Shown: positions 1-19,081, counted from the stretch's first letter. The stretch is 64,000 bases of DNA from the human T2T-CHM13v2.0 reference genome, Homo sapiens (GCF_009914755.1 NC_060940.1), one strand, 5' to 3'. Program-made: numbers and translations. The notes: generated from the sequence alone by a model not told the origin.

Positions 1-256
<256 letters not shown>

Positions 257-362
257 TTATGATTGAGTTCTACCATGGATGCTAGTACTAACAGATTAAC
301 ACTAACAATAGTAGAAAATAAATGAAACATAACCTGTATCAACATTAACACTTTGCAAAATC

Positions 363-774
<412 letters not shown>

Positions 775-1280
775 TTATATGTTGATAATGGATAACATAT
801 ATTCAATAAGAATACAAAATAGGCATGAAATATAAGACACAACTGCAGGATAGAGATCCCATTGGGAAGGAAGGAAGAGAGAAAGGAGCACGAGATTAAG
901 AGGGGTCCACAGAAGGACTTGATTGTCTTTGTTATATTTTTTAAACTGAGTGACGGGTAAATGGTTGTTCACTGTACTGGTCTTTATAGTTTTTTGTGTG
1001 CCTGAAATAGTTCAGAATAAAATTATTTTAGGTCACTTTTTTTCTGGGTTTTTTTTCTTATTTCTTTTAAGGAAAGCAACACTAGAGAATAAAATTATTT
1101 TAAATAAGCCACTTTGAGTAATTAATGTAAAATTACAAATGTGCAAAGCACTGCAAAGAGGGACTACAGGGTATCATAAGAGGAGATCTGACAAATTATT
1201 CTTCCTCTATCTCAACCCTGCCCTTAATCTGGCTTCTTAAAAGTCTTACTATTAACCCCAGCCAATTATAAGTTATTTTA

Positions 1281-1570
1281 GGTCAGGTGTGGTGGCTCAC
1301 ACCTGTAATCCCAGCACTTTGGGAGGCCGAGGCAGGCAGATTGCTTGAGACCAGGAGTTCAATCCCAGCCTGGACAACATGGAGAAACCCCGTCTCTACT
1401 AAAAATACAGAAATTAGCTGGGCGTGGTTGCATGCACTTGTAATCCCAGCTACTCAGGAGACTGAGGCATGAAAATCGCTTGAACCCAGGAGGTGGAGGT
1501 GCAGTGAGCCAAGATCATGCTACTGTACTCCAGCCTGGGTGATAGAGTGACTCTGTTTCAAAAAAAAAAA
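1281..1570 (+). mobile_element. AluS
   Basis: Full dimer plus poly(A). Confidence 0.9.
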
Positions 1571-1757
1571 TTATTTAAAAAAAGTTATTTTATTTTTGTT
1601 TGTCCATATTCTCTAATTTTTCTACCCAGAAGATATGCCACTTATATTTCAAAATATCTAAATGATATTTTTAAACAAGGCAATCAAAATCAGCTTACAA
1701 AAGTTTGCATAGGATATCTCAATGTTCTATGTATCTAGTATATGCTTATAAGTATAG

Positions 1758-2446
<689 letters not shown>

Positions 2447-2484
2447 TGTTATATGCTTCTTATATAGCAATATCCATTGTTTTC

Positions 2485-3028
2485 ATCAATTCATTTCCTT
2501 CTCTTTCTTTTGGAACAGAATCACCACTCCCTGTGGAGGACCTATTTAAGTGGACCATTCCTTGATTTCATCTCCCCTGGCCATTGACTCACTGATCTGG
2601 CCAATCAGAGCACCTCATCCCCAACCACAGGGATTGGTTCAAGGATGCACAGGTGGTACATCCCCAACCACAGGGACTGGTTCAAGGATGCACACGTGGT
2701 ACATCTTCAGCCAATCAAGTCCCTCCCTGAGACTTTCCTATCTGAGCACTGGGAAGAGCCTCTTCCTTTCTAGTAGCATTGTTCAGTTGGTGGAGATTAA
2801 TCTGGAATTGATAATGTCTACCTTTTCCACCATCTGGAGAAGGCCTATTCATGAAATAGAGACAGAGCAAGCAAGATGGCATTCCGCTAATAACGTTTGA
2901 GCCCTGGATACAGCCATGCCTGATCCACCTCTGTGACAGCCTTGTTCTGTGGGCCAATATATTCTCTTGAATCATCTAAACCAGTTTGCAATTGATTTCT
3001 GACACTTTCAGCTGAATGAGTTCTGACT
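2485..3028 (+). mobile_element. Ancient ERVL LTR (LTR33-like)
   Basis: GGCCAATCAGAG, TTGAGCCCTGGATACAGCCATGCCTGA and 3' TTTCTGACACTT...TTCTGACT motifs. Confidence 0.55.
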
Positions 3029-3699
3029 TTTTATATTTTTTCTGTTAGCTTGACTATATTCATCACTCATGACTTCTGACTTTTACACTTTCATTTTGTT
3101 CCCATCTATTTTCTATATTTTCCACAATGAGCTTGTATCACACGTAGAATATGTCTCAGACTCTCTTTTTTTAAGCAATAAAAGAAATGGCAGATTAGCA
3201 TTTGTCTGCAGAGGCCTGGCTCACAGACACTTTTCACCTAAGGCGTAGGTTGGGCCTGCCTAATCTGGGGGACACCATGGGTTGCCTCTGGCTCCTCTGA
3301 GGTCCCCAGGCCTGACTCACTGCTTCCAAACTAAAGACTTTACTCTCCCAAATCAAGAGCACTGCCAAAGACACCTTTGCTGGTTTCCCCCCTTCACACC
3401 CCTTGGTCCCTGCTTTAAAGTGGTAATTAGCATAGAGCTGGGTGTCTTTTTCCCTGTGGGAGAAACATTCCTTAACAGTGTGAAGTGGAACGGAGTGTGG
3501 GTGGCCTTAACAAGGAGCTAAGGAAGCTTATGTAAGTGGCATTATTATATATGATTATATCACCGGTATAAGAGAAACTCATTCCTGTCTGGGTGTTATA
3601 CCAATCATATTGTTTTAGGCTTAAGTGGAATGAAATGATGAGGAAAAACCATGAGAGCCTCCAGCAACCCAAGGTTGTTCTTGCTCCTTCTCTCAACCC

Positions 3700-3960
3700 C
3701 AGAATAACATCAACACTTACTCAGCCTTACTATGTTCCAGACACTGTCCTAAACTCCTTCTGTATATTAAATCCTCATTGAAATTTCATGAGGGGAGAAT
3801 CATTATTATCCCCATTTTACAGATGGAAAAACTGAGTTACCAGGAAATTTCATAATTTGCCCGAGATTTCATAATTTGCCCAATATCTCATGGCTGGCAA
3901 GTGGGAGAGCCAAGATCCCAACCCATGCCATCCAATCCCGATGTCCACATTCAAAACCTC
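3700..3960 (-). mobile_element. MIR SINE
   Basis: TTATTATCCCCATTTTACAGATGGAAAAACTGAG core. Confidence 0.65.
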
Positions 3961-4479
3961 TCAGAAAAGACAACACTGAAGCTGTGCACAAAACCAGAAA
4001 TCAACCAGCCAGGTCTCTCCATGTCGTCAAATACACAACAAATTTATTAATGGGTTTGGGGGGGTGGGAAAATCAACCTCACTGGGGTTTTTGGGGTGGT
4101 TTTGGGTTGGGTTTGTTTTTTTTTTTTTTGAGACGGAGTGCTAGGATTACAGGCATGAGCCACCACGCCCAGCTATTTTTCAAACCATTTTAGATGGTTC
4201 ATGTGCTTTCTAGTTTACCATAGTCCCCACCACTCTCTAATGTCTTACACTTGGCCCACATCACTCATTTACAGGGAATCTGACTGAATTAGCAGCCTCT
4301 GATGCAGGGAATGGTTGATAACAAAAGGAGAAGAAAACTTTCTTGTTGGCTTCGAAAGAATAACTGGGTAATCATAATAGTTAAAATATGTTGAGTATTT
4401 ATGCCAGATCTTGTACCAAATGTTTTACACACCTTGTCTCATTTGATTGTAGTAACAATCCCATGAGAGGTTAAGTGAT

Positions 4480-5220
<741 letters not shown>

Positions 5221-5383
5221 CTACCTCAAAATTTTCTTGTCCATGGATTCTTATTTTCTCAAATTTCTTGGTCCAGAACACCAGAACAGCTGGAGATTTC
5301 CATCTGGATCCAAGAGTGAACCAAAGGCAAAAGGGACAGTTTTTTGTTTTTGTTGTTTTGGCTGGGTTAATAGCTTTATAACT

Positions 5384-6905
<1,522 letters not shown>

Positions 6906-7219
6906 AAGAGGGAGAGTTTTGAACCCCCAAAGCCAGGCACAATATTCATTCCTAGATCCTAGTAGGCTCCACAGCAATCAGGAAAGTGCATCGGCTGCCC
7001 AGAGCACAAGAAGGAAACACAGGTAACTGACAAGTGGACATATGTCTATGATTCTCCTTTCCTATAGTCCTGCAGAAAAGTCAGCCCCTCCCCCAGGACT
7101 GGGGCAACACAAGGCCATGAACAATAAGAGAGAGCACTTGACTAGGAGTCTGGTGATGCACCCAGCCTGCCTCACAAAGATGAAGCAGATAGCAGGGTGA
7201 AGAGCTTTGTAGTCCATGA

Positions 7220-7589
<370 letters not shown>

Positions 7590-7807
7590 GCTCTACACTT
7601 TGAGGCCTGCTTTCTGTTAGCTAAAATACAGAAAAGTCTTAGAAACATACTAGTATCAAATTGAGCTATTGTCCTTGGTGTAAGCAGATTAAAAGGGAAC
7701 TGAAATGAGATTGATAGTTTCACTTCAAAATGCATCCCAGACCAGAGCTCTTCCTAACCTCAGCAGGGGTACCACCTTACTGCAAGTCCCCATTATCTCT
7801 CTCCTAG

Positions 7808-7972
7808 CTTTTAGCTACTCAAAATGTGGTCCAGGACCAGCAGCACTGGCATCACCTGGGAGCTAGTCAGAGATGCAGACTCCAGACGCAGACTCCAGGG
7901 GCAGGAGGCTGAGTTTTAACAACCCCTGCATGAAATTCTCATGCATGGTTAAAATTGAGAACCACTGCCCTA
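7808..7972. mobile_element. MER5A hAT-Charlie MITE
   Basis: CTACTCAAAATGTGGTCC...CATCACCTGGGAGCT...TTGAGAACCACTG. Confidence 0.7.
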
Positions 7973-8124
7973 GATTACAACAACCTTCTAAGGGGTCTAC
8001 ATGATTCTATTCTGCCCACTACCCTGCATCCACCAACATGTCTTAGAGGTAGGAGGCAGGACTCAACTCCAGAGGTGGGGCTCAGACACCAGACCAAATT
8101 GAAGACTAGCTATAAAACAGGGCC

Positions 8125-9720
8125 CCTCTCCCTCCCCCTCCCCCTCCCCTCTCCCTCCCCCTCCCCCTCCCCTCTCCCTCCCCCTCTCCCTCCCCCTCCC
8201 GTCTCCCTCTCCCGTCTCCGTCTCCCACTTTCCATGGTCTCCCTCTGATGCCAAGCTGAGGCTGGACTGTACTGCCGCCATCTCGGCTCACTGCAACCTC
8301 CCTGCCTGATTCTCCTGCCTCAGGCTGCTGAGTGCCTGGGATTGCAGGCGCACACCGCCACGCCTGACTGGTTTTTGTATTTTTTGGTGGAGACGGGGTT
8401 TCGCCATGTTGGCCAGGCTGGTCTCCAGCTCCTGACCGCGAGTGATCTGCCCGCCTGGGCCTCCCGAGGTGCCGGGATTGCAGATGGAGTCTTGCTCACT
8501 CAGTGCTCAGTGTTGCCCAGGCTGGAGTGCAGTGGCGTGATCTCGGCTCACTACAACCTCCACCTCCCAGCCGCCTGCCTTGGCCTCCCAAAGTGCCGAG
8601 ATTGCAGCCTCTGCCCAGCCGCCACCCCGTCTGGAAAGTGAGGAGTGTCTCTGCCTGGCCACCCATCATCTGGGATGTGAGGAGCCCCTCTGCCCAGCCG
8701 CCCAGTCTGGGAAGTGAGGAGCGCCTCTTCCTGGCCACCATCCTGTCTAGGAAGTGAGGAGCGTCTATGCCCGGCCACCCATCATCTGAGATGTGGGGAG
8801 TGCCTCTGCCCCGCTGCCCCATCTGGGATGTGAGGAGCGCCTCTGCCCGGCCGCGACCCCGTCTGGGATCTGAGGAGTGTCTCTGCCCGACCGCCACCCC
8901 GTCTGGGAGGTGAGTAGTGTCTCTGCCCGGCCACCCCGTCTGAGAAGTGAGGAGCCCCTCCGCCTGGCAGCTGCCCTGTCTGGGAAGTGAGGAGCCCCTC
9001 CGCCTGGCAGCCACCCCGTCCAGGAGGTGGGGGGCAGCCCCCGCTCGGCCAGCCGCCCTGTCCGGGAGGGAGGTGGGGGCAGCCCCCACCCGGCCAGCCA
9101 CCCCATCCGGGAGGTGGGGGGCGCCTCTGCCCCGCCGCCCCGTCTGGGAAGTGAGGAGCCCCTCTGCCCGGCCGCCACCCCATCTGGGAGGTGTACCCAG
9201 CAGCTCATTGGGAACGGGCCATGGTGACGACAGCGGTTTTGTCAAGTAGAAAAGGGAGAAATGTGGGGAAAAGAAAGAGAGATCAGATTGTTGCTGTGTC
9301 TGTGTAGAAAGAAGTAGACATAGGAGACTCCATTTTGTTCTGTACTAAGAAAAATTCTTCTGCCTTGGGATGCTGTTAATCTGTAACCTTACCCCCAACC
9401 CCGTGCTCTCTGAAACATGTGCTGTGTCCACTCAGGGTTAAATGGATTAAGGGCGGTGCAAGATGTGCTTTGTTAAACAAGATGCTTGAAGGCAGCATGC
9501 TCCTTAAGAGTCATCACCACTCCCTAATCTCAAGTACCCAGGGACACAAACACTGCAGAAAGCCACAGGGCCCTCTGCCTAGGAAAACCAGAGACCCTTG
9601 TTCACATGTTTATCTGCTGACCTTCCCTCCACTATTGTCCTATGACCCTGACAAATCCCCCTCTCCGAGAAACACCCAAGAATGATCAATAAATACTAAA
9701 AAAAAAAAAAAAAAAAAAAA
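8125..9720 (+). mobile_element. Full-length SVA retrotransposon, older subfamily (SVA_B-like)
   Basis: CCCTCT-type head (~8125-8225), Alu-like domain, GC-rich VNTR (~8600-9195), SINE-R, AATAAA 9688-9693, poly(A); TSD AAAACAGGGCC 8114-8124 / 9717-9727. Confidence 0.95.
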
Positions 9721-10040
9721 CAGGGCCAAAGTGGAAGCAGCTTTCCAACAGACACTCTCACCAGCGTGGCATGTCAGTTTACCATTGCCATGGCAACACC
9801 CAGGAGTTACTGCCCCTTACCATGGCAATGACCCAACAACCCGGAAGTTACCACCTTTTTTCTAGAAATGTCTGCATAAATCCCCCCTTAATTTGCATAT
9901 CATTAAAAGTGGGTATAAATATGACTGCAGAACTGCCTCTGAGCTGCTACTCTGGGCACACTGCCTATGGGGTAGCCCTGCTCTGTGAGGAGCAGTCCCT
10001 CTGCTGCTGCTGTGCACTGCTGCTTCAATAAAAGTGTCTA

Positions 10041-10348
<308 letters not shown>

Positions 10349-10429
10349 TCACCCTGGAATTCTTTCCTGGGTGAAGCCAAAACCCTCCCAAGCTAAGCCC
10401 CAACTTTGGGGCTTACTTGTCCTGCATCA

Positions 10430-11135
10430 CCTTCTCCACATAGCAGCCAGAGTCGTCTTTCTAAAAGCATAAATTTTACCATGTTGCTTCCCTGCTTAAC
10501 CTCCATAGGCTTTCACTGGATTTAAAATAAAATCCAAACTTCTTCCTTTCCCTGCAAGAGTCAAGAGTTTCCCTCTCTGAAATCTATATCTTACCACCAT
10601 CCTCCTTCATGCTGTGCCCCAGACACTCCAGCCTTGTGCAAGTCCCTCACATTGCCCCAGGAACACTCCTTCCTCCGGGCCTTTGCAGGTATTGTTCTGT
10701 CGGCCTGGAAACCTACTCAGCCAGCATTCCCGTCGTTCACTCCCTCATTGCATTGAGTCCCTAACCAAATCCTACCTCCTCAGAGGACAAGACCCTGACC
10801 ACTCCCATCACAAGGATGCACCTCTTAGTGTGACTAGCTCATCCCAGTTTGTCCAGGGCTGCCCCAGCCTTAAAACTGAATGTCCCCAGCAAACTGGTGG
10901 TTGTCCACCCTGCAGTCCCCTCCACTCTCTGTGACATTGCCCTACTTTGTCCCCCATCATGTAGCATCTTCATATCTGTTCTTATTTGCTCTCCTGCTCC
11001 CTCACTAGAATCAGAACCCCATGAAGGGCAAGGAGTTCAAGATGTTCTGTTCACTGCTGTATTCCTGGCAACTAGAACAGTGCCTGGCACATAACTGGCA
11101 CCTAATTCATATGATTGACAAAAATATCAAAAGAA
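10430..11135 (+). mobile_element. L2 LINE 3' remnant
   Basis: CATGAAGGGCAAGGA...TGTTCACTGCTGTATTCC...AGAACAGTGCCTGGCACATA. Confidence 0.6.
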
Positions 11136-11754
11136 TGAGCACCGTGGCCTATTTAACCTATTGCTCACAGTTTAGTTGTTTCTCCTGTTTGGCAGCAATG
11201 CATAAGGCTCTCTCCAGATTTAAAATTATTTCCTTGGGCTAGATTGCCAAAAATTGACTTATTGGGCCAATGAGGATGCCCATGTTTAAGGTTTTGCTAC
11301 CCAGTGTCAAACTGTTTCCCAAAATAATCAGATTTCCAATTCCCACTGCCAGGGTTCTTGCACCTATTTCATTCCACCAAGGCCAAAGCCAGGATTCTCA
11401 TTTTCAGAATCTTTATGAGGTGAAAATATAACGGTTTGTTGTTTTAATTTGCATTTCTTTGATTACTAGTTAGGCTGACTTTTCCCATGTGCTTAGCTAA
11501 TTGCATTTTCTCTTTAGTGAGTTGACTGTTCGCACCCCTTTGCTTGTTTTTCTACCCAGATTCAGGGACTTGTCTTAGTGATCTGTTTGAATTCTTTGAA
11601 ACATAATTATGTTAGCCCTTTCCCTTCACACATTGAAGACTTCATTCTATGAATTTTCTGGTCTCTTGTCAATTGTGTCCCTTCCATATTTCCTTACACC
11701 TTTTTACATGTTTACACCTCATTTTGCACTTCTCTTTTCACTTATCTCTTTTAG

Positions 11755-12085
11755 TTTTTTTTGGTTTTTTTTTTTTTTTTTTGGTTTTTTTTTAGAAACA
11801 CAAGGTCTTGTTCTGTCACCCAAGCTGGAGTGGCACCATCAAAGCTCACTGCAGCCTCAAACTTCAAACTGCTGGGCATAAGCAATCCTCCCACCTCAGC
11901 CTCCCAAATAGCTGGAACTGCAGGTGTGCGCCACCACATCAGGCTAATTTTTTGTTTTTATTTTTGCAGAAACAGGGCCTCCCTATGTTGCCCATGGTGG
12001 TCTCAAACTCCTGGCCTCAAGTGATCCACCTGCCTCAGCCTCAAAAAGTGCTGGGATTACAAGCATGAGCCACTGTGCCTGGCCC
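11755..12085 (-). mobile_element. AluJ
   Basis: Diverged antisense dimer. Confidence 0.85.
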
Positions 12086-12442
12086 AGATTTTCTTTCATA
12101 GTCAGTTATTGAACAGGTGCTTAGAGAAACTGTCTTATGGTTTTCCGTCTCATTCAGAGGAAGATATTTTTCTCACAATCATCTATAAGGCCTTTCATGA
12201 CCTCTCCCTTACCCCCACCCATAGGACCTCTTTGACCTCAGTTCCTGTCTTTCTGCCCCTGGATCTCCCTGCTGTGACCTTTCTGGCCTCCCCGCTGGTC
12301 CTCAAACACAGACACTCATTGCACTCTCTCCTCAGAGCCTTTGCACTAACATTTCCTCTCCCTGGAAGGTTCTCTCCCCAGGTGTCTATCCGTCACTTCC
12401 TTCAGGTCCCTACTCAAAAGTCACATCAATAAGTTCTTCTGG

Positions 12443-12738
12443 GAAGGCGTGGTGGCTTGTGCCTGTAATCCCAACACTTTGGGATGCTGAGGCGGGAGTA
12501 TCACTTGGGCCTAGGAGGTTGAGACCAGCCTGAGCAACATAGCAAGACCCTGTCTCTACAAAAACAGAAAATAGCCGGGTGTGATGGCACACACCTGTAG
12601 TCCCAGCTACTCAGGAGACTGAAGTGGGAAGTTCACTTGAGCCCACAGTTCAAGGATGCAGTGAGCTATGATTGCACCACTGCCCTCCAGCCTGGGTGAC
12701 AGAGTGAGACCCTGTCTCTAAAAACAAATAAATAAATA
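12443..12738 (+). mobile_element. AluJ
   Basis: Diverged dimer. Confidence 0.85.
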
Positions 12739-12776
12739 AGCTATTTCCTGGCCACCTTATCTAAAATCTCTGTCCC

Positions 12777-13228
12777 TGTGGTAGACAGAATAATTCACAA
12801 CTACCCCCTCCCCAAATATGTCCACATGCTGATACCCAGAACCTGTGAATGTTACTTTACATGGTAAAAAGGAGGTTGCAGATGTGATTAAAGTAAGGAT
12901 TTTGAGATGAGGAGATTATCCTAGATTATCTGTATGGCTCAATCTAATTGCAAAGGCTCTTATAAAAGGGAAGCAAGAGGGTCAGAGACTGAGGAGTGAT
13001 GTAGATCAGAATGACGTAGGGCCATGATCCAAGGAATGCAGGAAGCCTCTAGAAACCAGAAAAGGCAAGGAAATGGTTTCTCCCCTAGAGCTTCCCGAAG
13101 AAATACAGCCCTGCTGATCCATTTTAGAGTTCTGACCTCCAGAACTATAAGATAACACATATGGGTTGTTTAAAGCCCCTAGATTCATGCTGTAATTTGT
13201 TATAGCAGAAAAAACTAGGAAACCAATA
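12777..13228 (+). mobile_element. MaLR solo LTR (MLT1D-like)
   Basis: TGTGGTAGACAGAATAAT...GAACCTGTGAATGTTAC...AATTTGTTATAGCAG...GGAAACCAATA. Confidence 0.8.
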
Positions 13229-13455
13229 TCCCTAACATCCCCTCATCCTCCTTCTCTGCTTTGTTTATCCTTAGCTTTCACAGCTCTCTAAGTTCCTATA
13301 ATATTATCTATTTCTTTTTTACTTTTTCCTACCGCAGTAGAATCTCAGCTCCATGAGGGCAGGGGCTTTTGTCTGTTTTGTTCACTGTTATATCTCCAGT
13401 ACCTTGGACAGTGCTTGGCACACTTAGGTGCTCACTGTGCTGAGTGAATGGATAA

Positions 13456-14140
<685 letters not shown>

Positions 14141-14846
14141 AGGAGAGAACTGAACTGACATTGTTGAATACCTATTGTGTGCCAACACTACACTTCAGAT
14201 ATTCAATCTCACTGGAACTTCGCAACTAGTCTGCAAGATGGGCATTATCGCCACCCACTGCTCCACTGCCCTGAACTGCCCTTCCCTGATTAGGGAAGCC
14301 AGTTTCCCTACTGGGAGTGGGAAATGGCTAACAGAAACCCTTTGGGAAAACCCCACCATGCATTTCAGTTACCTTCAAAGACATCCACCTGGGAGGCTGT
14401 CTGCTGGCTCTTCCTGCTCATTTTTCTTCTCCCTGACCTCCTTCTTTCCCTCCCACTCTCTCCTCCTCTCCTTTGCCCTCTCTTTCCCCCTTCTCATCCT
14501 TTTCCAGGAAATCCTGGAGCCACTTCGCCAGTCTGTTCAGATCCTGCCAAAGTCTTGTCTCAGAGATTTTTTAACACAGGAAAATCTGTGTTTTCCCCCA
14601 CAGGAATGGGTGATGGCAGATGGCTGCACAGATCCACTCTGAAAAGGGGAGGGCCACCTCCCACAGGCCCCGCCACATCTAGACTCCAGCTTCCTGAGAC
14701 ATGAATCAGAGGAACTCAGCAATGGAACTCCCAGAAAAATCCATCTGATAACTTCAGCTTTCAAGATGTTCTTGCAGAAGATGGGGACAGAGCTCTGGAC
14801 TTACCCAAATACCGTGGTAGAAAGTCTAAAAGACTGGGTTCACAGG

Positions 14847-15252
<406 letters not shown>

Positions 15253-15474
15253 TCATGACTTCAGGCAAGTGGCTTAATTGCTCTGAGTCCAATTTCTTCA
15301 TCTGTAAAATGAATGTAATGATTCTCTCTGGAAAGGTCACCACAAGGATTAATAAAAACATCACTAGCACCATGTCTTGCATACAGTAAATGCTCAATAA
15401 GTGGTAACAATAATCAGTGATCTGTCAACTCCTTGAGGTCAAGGACCATGGCTGAGAATGTCTCATTCCCAGCC

Positions 15475-16028
15475 TGTATTAGTCAGGGTTCTCTAGAGGG
15501 ACAGAACTAATAGGATATATGTGTATATGAAAGGGAGTGTATTAAGGAGAATTGACTCACACAATCACAAGGTAAAGTCCCACGATAGGCCGTCTGCAAG
15601 TTGAGGAGCAAGGAAGCCAGTAGTGGATCAGTCCAAGTCCCAACACCTCAAAAGTGGGGAAGCAGACGGTGCAGCCTTCAGTCTGTGGCCTAAGGTCTGA
15701 GAGCCCCTGGCAAACACTGGTGTAGGTCTAAGAGTCCAAAAACTGAAGACTTTGAGTCTTATGTTGGGCAGGAAGCATCCAGCATGGGAGAAAGATGAAG
15801 GCCAGAAGACTCAGCAAGTCAAGTCCTTCCATGTTCATCTTCCTGCTTTTATTCTGGCCATGCTGGCAGCTGATTAGATGGTATCCACCCAGATTGAGGG
15901 TGGGTCTGCCTTTCCCAGTCCATTGACTCAAATCTTCATCTCCTTTGGCAACACCCTCACAGACACCCAGGAACAATACTTTGCATCCTTCAATCCAATC
16001 AAGTTGACACTCAGTATTAACCATCACA
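15475..16028 (-). mobile_element. HERVL solo LTR (MLT2A1/A2)
   Basis: TGTATTAGTCAGGGTTCTCTAGAGGGACAGAACT...AGTATTAACCATCACA; 5-bp TSD cagcc/cagtc. Confidence 0.88.
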
Positions 16029-16464
16029 CAGTCCCATCCCCAGTGCTCAGAGTTTTGTAGATTCTGAATAAGTATTGGTAATATATACACATTCATCTTT
16101 TTCTTTAAATACATATAATGATGCTGAGCTCCCTCCAGACAAATGAGAACTGATGTGTTGCTTCTTAGGTGCCAGGACCGGGATGAGGGAGAGGCAAGTG
16201 AGACATTCTCCCCGGGAGCAAAATTTAAGGAGGCACCAAAAACCCAGTCATCAAGATAAATAACACTTGGATGCAATATGTTTAAAAACGAAAAAGAATG
16301 AAAAAATTAATGCAAAATTAATGCAAAAATACCCATGATAAACAAATATCACAGTCTTCAGGAAATGATTGGTATTACTAACTTTTCCTTTGGCTCCTGG
16401 CACCAGAGTGCCAGGCATCATTGAAGTGCTTTTAAAATACAAACTCATTCTTTTTTCTTCTTCT

Positions 16465-16933
<469 letters not shown>

Positions 16934-16936
16934 CAT

Positions 16937-17100
16937 TCAATCCTTATAACAAGGCTGCAATGTAGCCATTTTTTCAGATGAGGAAAGGGAGGCCCAGGGA
17001 AGTGAGATAACTTGCCCAAGGTCATTCAGCTTGTAAGTGGCAGAGCTTGGACTTGAACCCAGGCAGTCTTCATTCAGAGTCCAGGTTCCTAACCACTCTC
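16937..17100 (-). mobile_element. MIR SINE
   Basis: CATTTTTTCAGATGAGGAAA..GAGGCCCAG..AACTTGCCCAAGGTCA core. Confidence 0.7.
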
Positions 17101-17679
17101 CTGTGGCTGTGTGTGATATATCTCTGCCCAAAGGGTCCTGTGTCAGTACATCCTAGACAAAGCTTTGGTGTTTGAGCAGTACCCTCGTCTTTCATTCAAA
17201 TTGCAGACATGCAGGGGCCCCTGCCATGCTCCAGCCCCTGGGCTGGACTCTGCAGACAGAGAAATAGCTACAAAACAGCACCTGTTCTTAGACGTGCCAG
17301 TGTCTCACATGACAAGTGTAGGGCTCCTGTCGACTGCTCTCAGAGACCTGGACAAGTGGTCTGTGAGGCTAGAGGAGGACATGACTAATTCTGCTTTAGC
17401 CAGGAGGTCCCTTGAAATTCAGAGGAGCTTTCCGGCTTCCCCATTCTGTGACAACTGACGCACTTTTGAGAGATGAGTAAGAGGTTGTCAGCCAGAGAAG
17501 ACAAAACAGTGCTGTCCCCATTTGACAAAGACGGAAACTCAGCTCCAAGGCACACCACTTAAGTGTGCCTCGAGTGACACTGTGACGACCTCTCCATGTT
17601 TACTTCCAGTTCATTGTGGGTGGCTAACTGGCCCTCAACTCTTCGATCAAGACCCTGAATGAACGGCACAAAATGATGC

Positions 17680-17890
17680 TTAAGAGCATTAAGTCAGAGA
17701 GCTATGAACCCAATCCACACTCAGCACTTTTTAAACTGGGTGACCTGAAGCAAGCCACATAGTCTCTCTGAGCCTGTTTCTTCATCAGTATAATAGGGAC
17801 AGGGATGCTGACCCCACAATCGTTGTGGGGATTAAATAAAATAAAGTACTTAGCACAGTTCCAGAGAAATGGAAAGCACTCAATATGTGG
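17680..17890 (+). mobile_element. MIR SINE
   Basis: TCTCTGAGCCTGTTTCTTCATC...ATTAAATAA...CTTAGCACAG. Confidence 0.6.
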
Positions 17891-18504
17891 TAGATACACA
17901 TTTATCACAAATACACAAAAACCCATTAGTTTCAAAAATGGGTTGCAGGCCAGGCACGGTAGCTAAAGCCCCATCTCCTCAAGAGGCTGAAGAGAGAGGA
18001 TCACTTGAGCCCAGAAGTTTGAGTCCAGCCTAGGCAACACGGCGAAACATAGTCTCAAACAAAAAAAAAAAAAAAGGAAAAAAATGGGTTGCAATGTAAC
18101 CTGTGCTTATACAACAGTCCAGCAACTCAGTCCCTTGATGAGAAAGTGAAATTGCCTGTTGGATGTAAGGAGCAGTACGCTCGTTGAGAAATTCAAGCAC
18201 AAATATGGCATTCACCTGAAAAGCTAGGGCAGCTAAGGTCGCACATTAGAATCACCTGTGCGCACTCCCAGGGAATATGTTTTCATTGGACTGGAGGAGG
18301 CTCAACTGCATTGTTTTGTAAGGTTTTACCAGGCGATTCCATAGGCAGCCAGGGGTTAGAGCGCCCCAGAGAATGGGAGGGAAGCAATTACTCTGGGGCA
18401 GAGGTTCTGACAGAGGGCAGGAGCCGGTAATGACCTGGTAACAGATTTATGGATGTCCACTTGAACTAATGCTCATCACAACACCTTCCTGTTTCATGCA
18501 TTTC

Positions 18505-18813
18505 TTTTTCTTTTTTTTTTTTTTAATTTGAGACAGAATCTTGCTCTGTCGCCCAGGCTGGAGTGCAGTGGCGTGATCTCAGTTCACTATAACCTCTGCC
18601 TTCCAGGTTCAAGCAATTCTCCCTGCCTCAGCCTCCTGAGTAGCGGGGATTACAGGCGCCCACCACCATGCCCAGCTAACTTTTGTATTTTTTAGTAGAG
18701 ACGGGGTTTCGCCATGTTGGCCAGGCTGGTCTCAAACTCCTGACCTTAGGTGATCTGCCCACCTTGTCCTCCCAAAGTGCTGGGATTACAGGCATGAGCC
18801 ACTGTGCCCAGCC
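18505..18813 (-). mobile_element. AluS
   Basis: TSD CCTGTTTCATGCATTT. Confidence 0.9.
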
Positions 18814-19081
18814 TGTTTCATGCATTTTCTATGTGAATATTCTATATCATCATCTTAGGTTTTTACTGTGGGGAATTTGAAACATATACTAAGTAAACAG
18901 TATACTGTGTACTGTGTCTGCCTGGGTCGTGACACAGTTCCCCATACCATCAACTCACAGTCATTCGTGCTGTGTCCAAACGTCAAGACTTTGTCTAGCT
19001 CCACCAGTATTTTAAAACAAATGCCAGCATGAAATCATTTTATCTCTAAGTATTTTCATGTGTAACTCTAAAAGAAAAGGG

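Noticed and set aside
8600-9195. Repeat array superficially resembling a CRISPR
   Set aside because: It is the SVA VNTR: no unique spacers, no cas genes, primate DNA
8342-9249. Overlapping ORFs up to 249 aa
   Set aside because: They arise from the GC-rich, stop-poor SVA Alu-like and VNTR domains
15728-16276. 182-aa ORF
   Set aside because: Spans MLT2A LTR and flanking repeat sequence; no protein family resemblance
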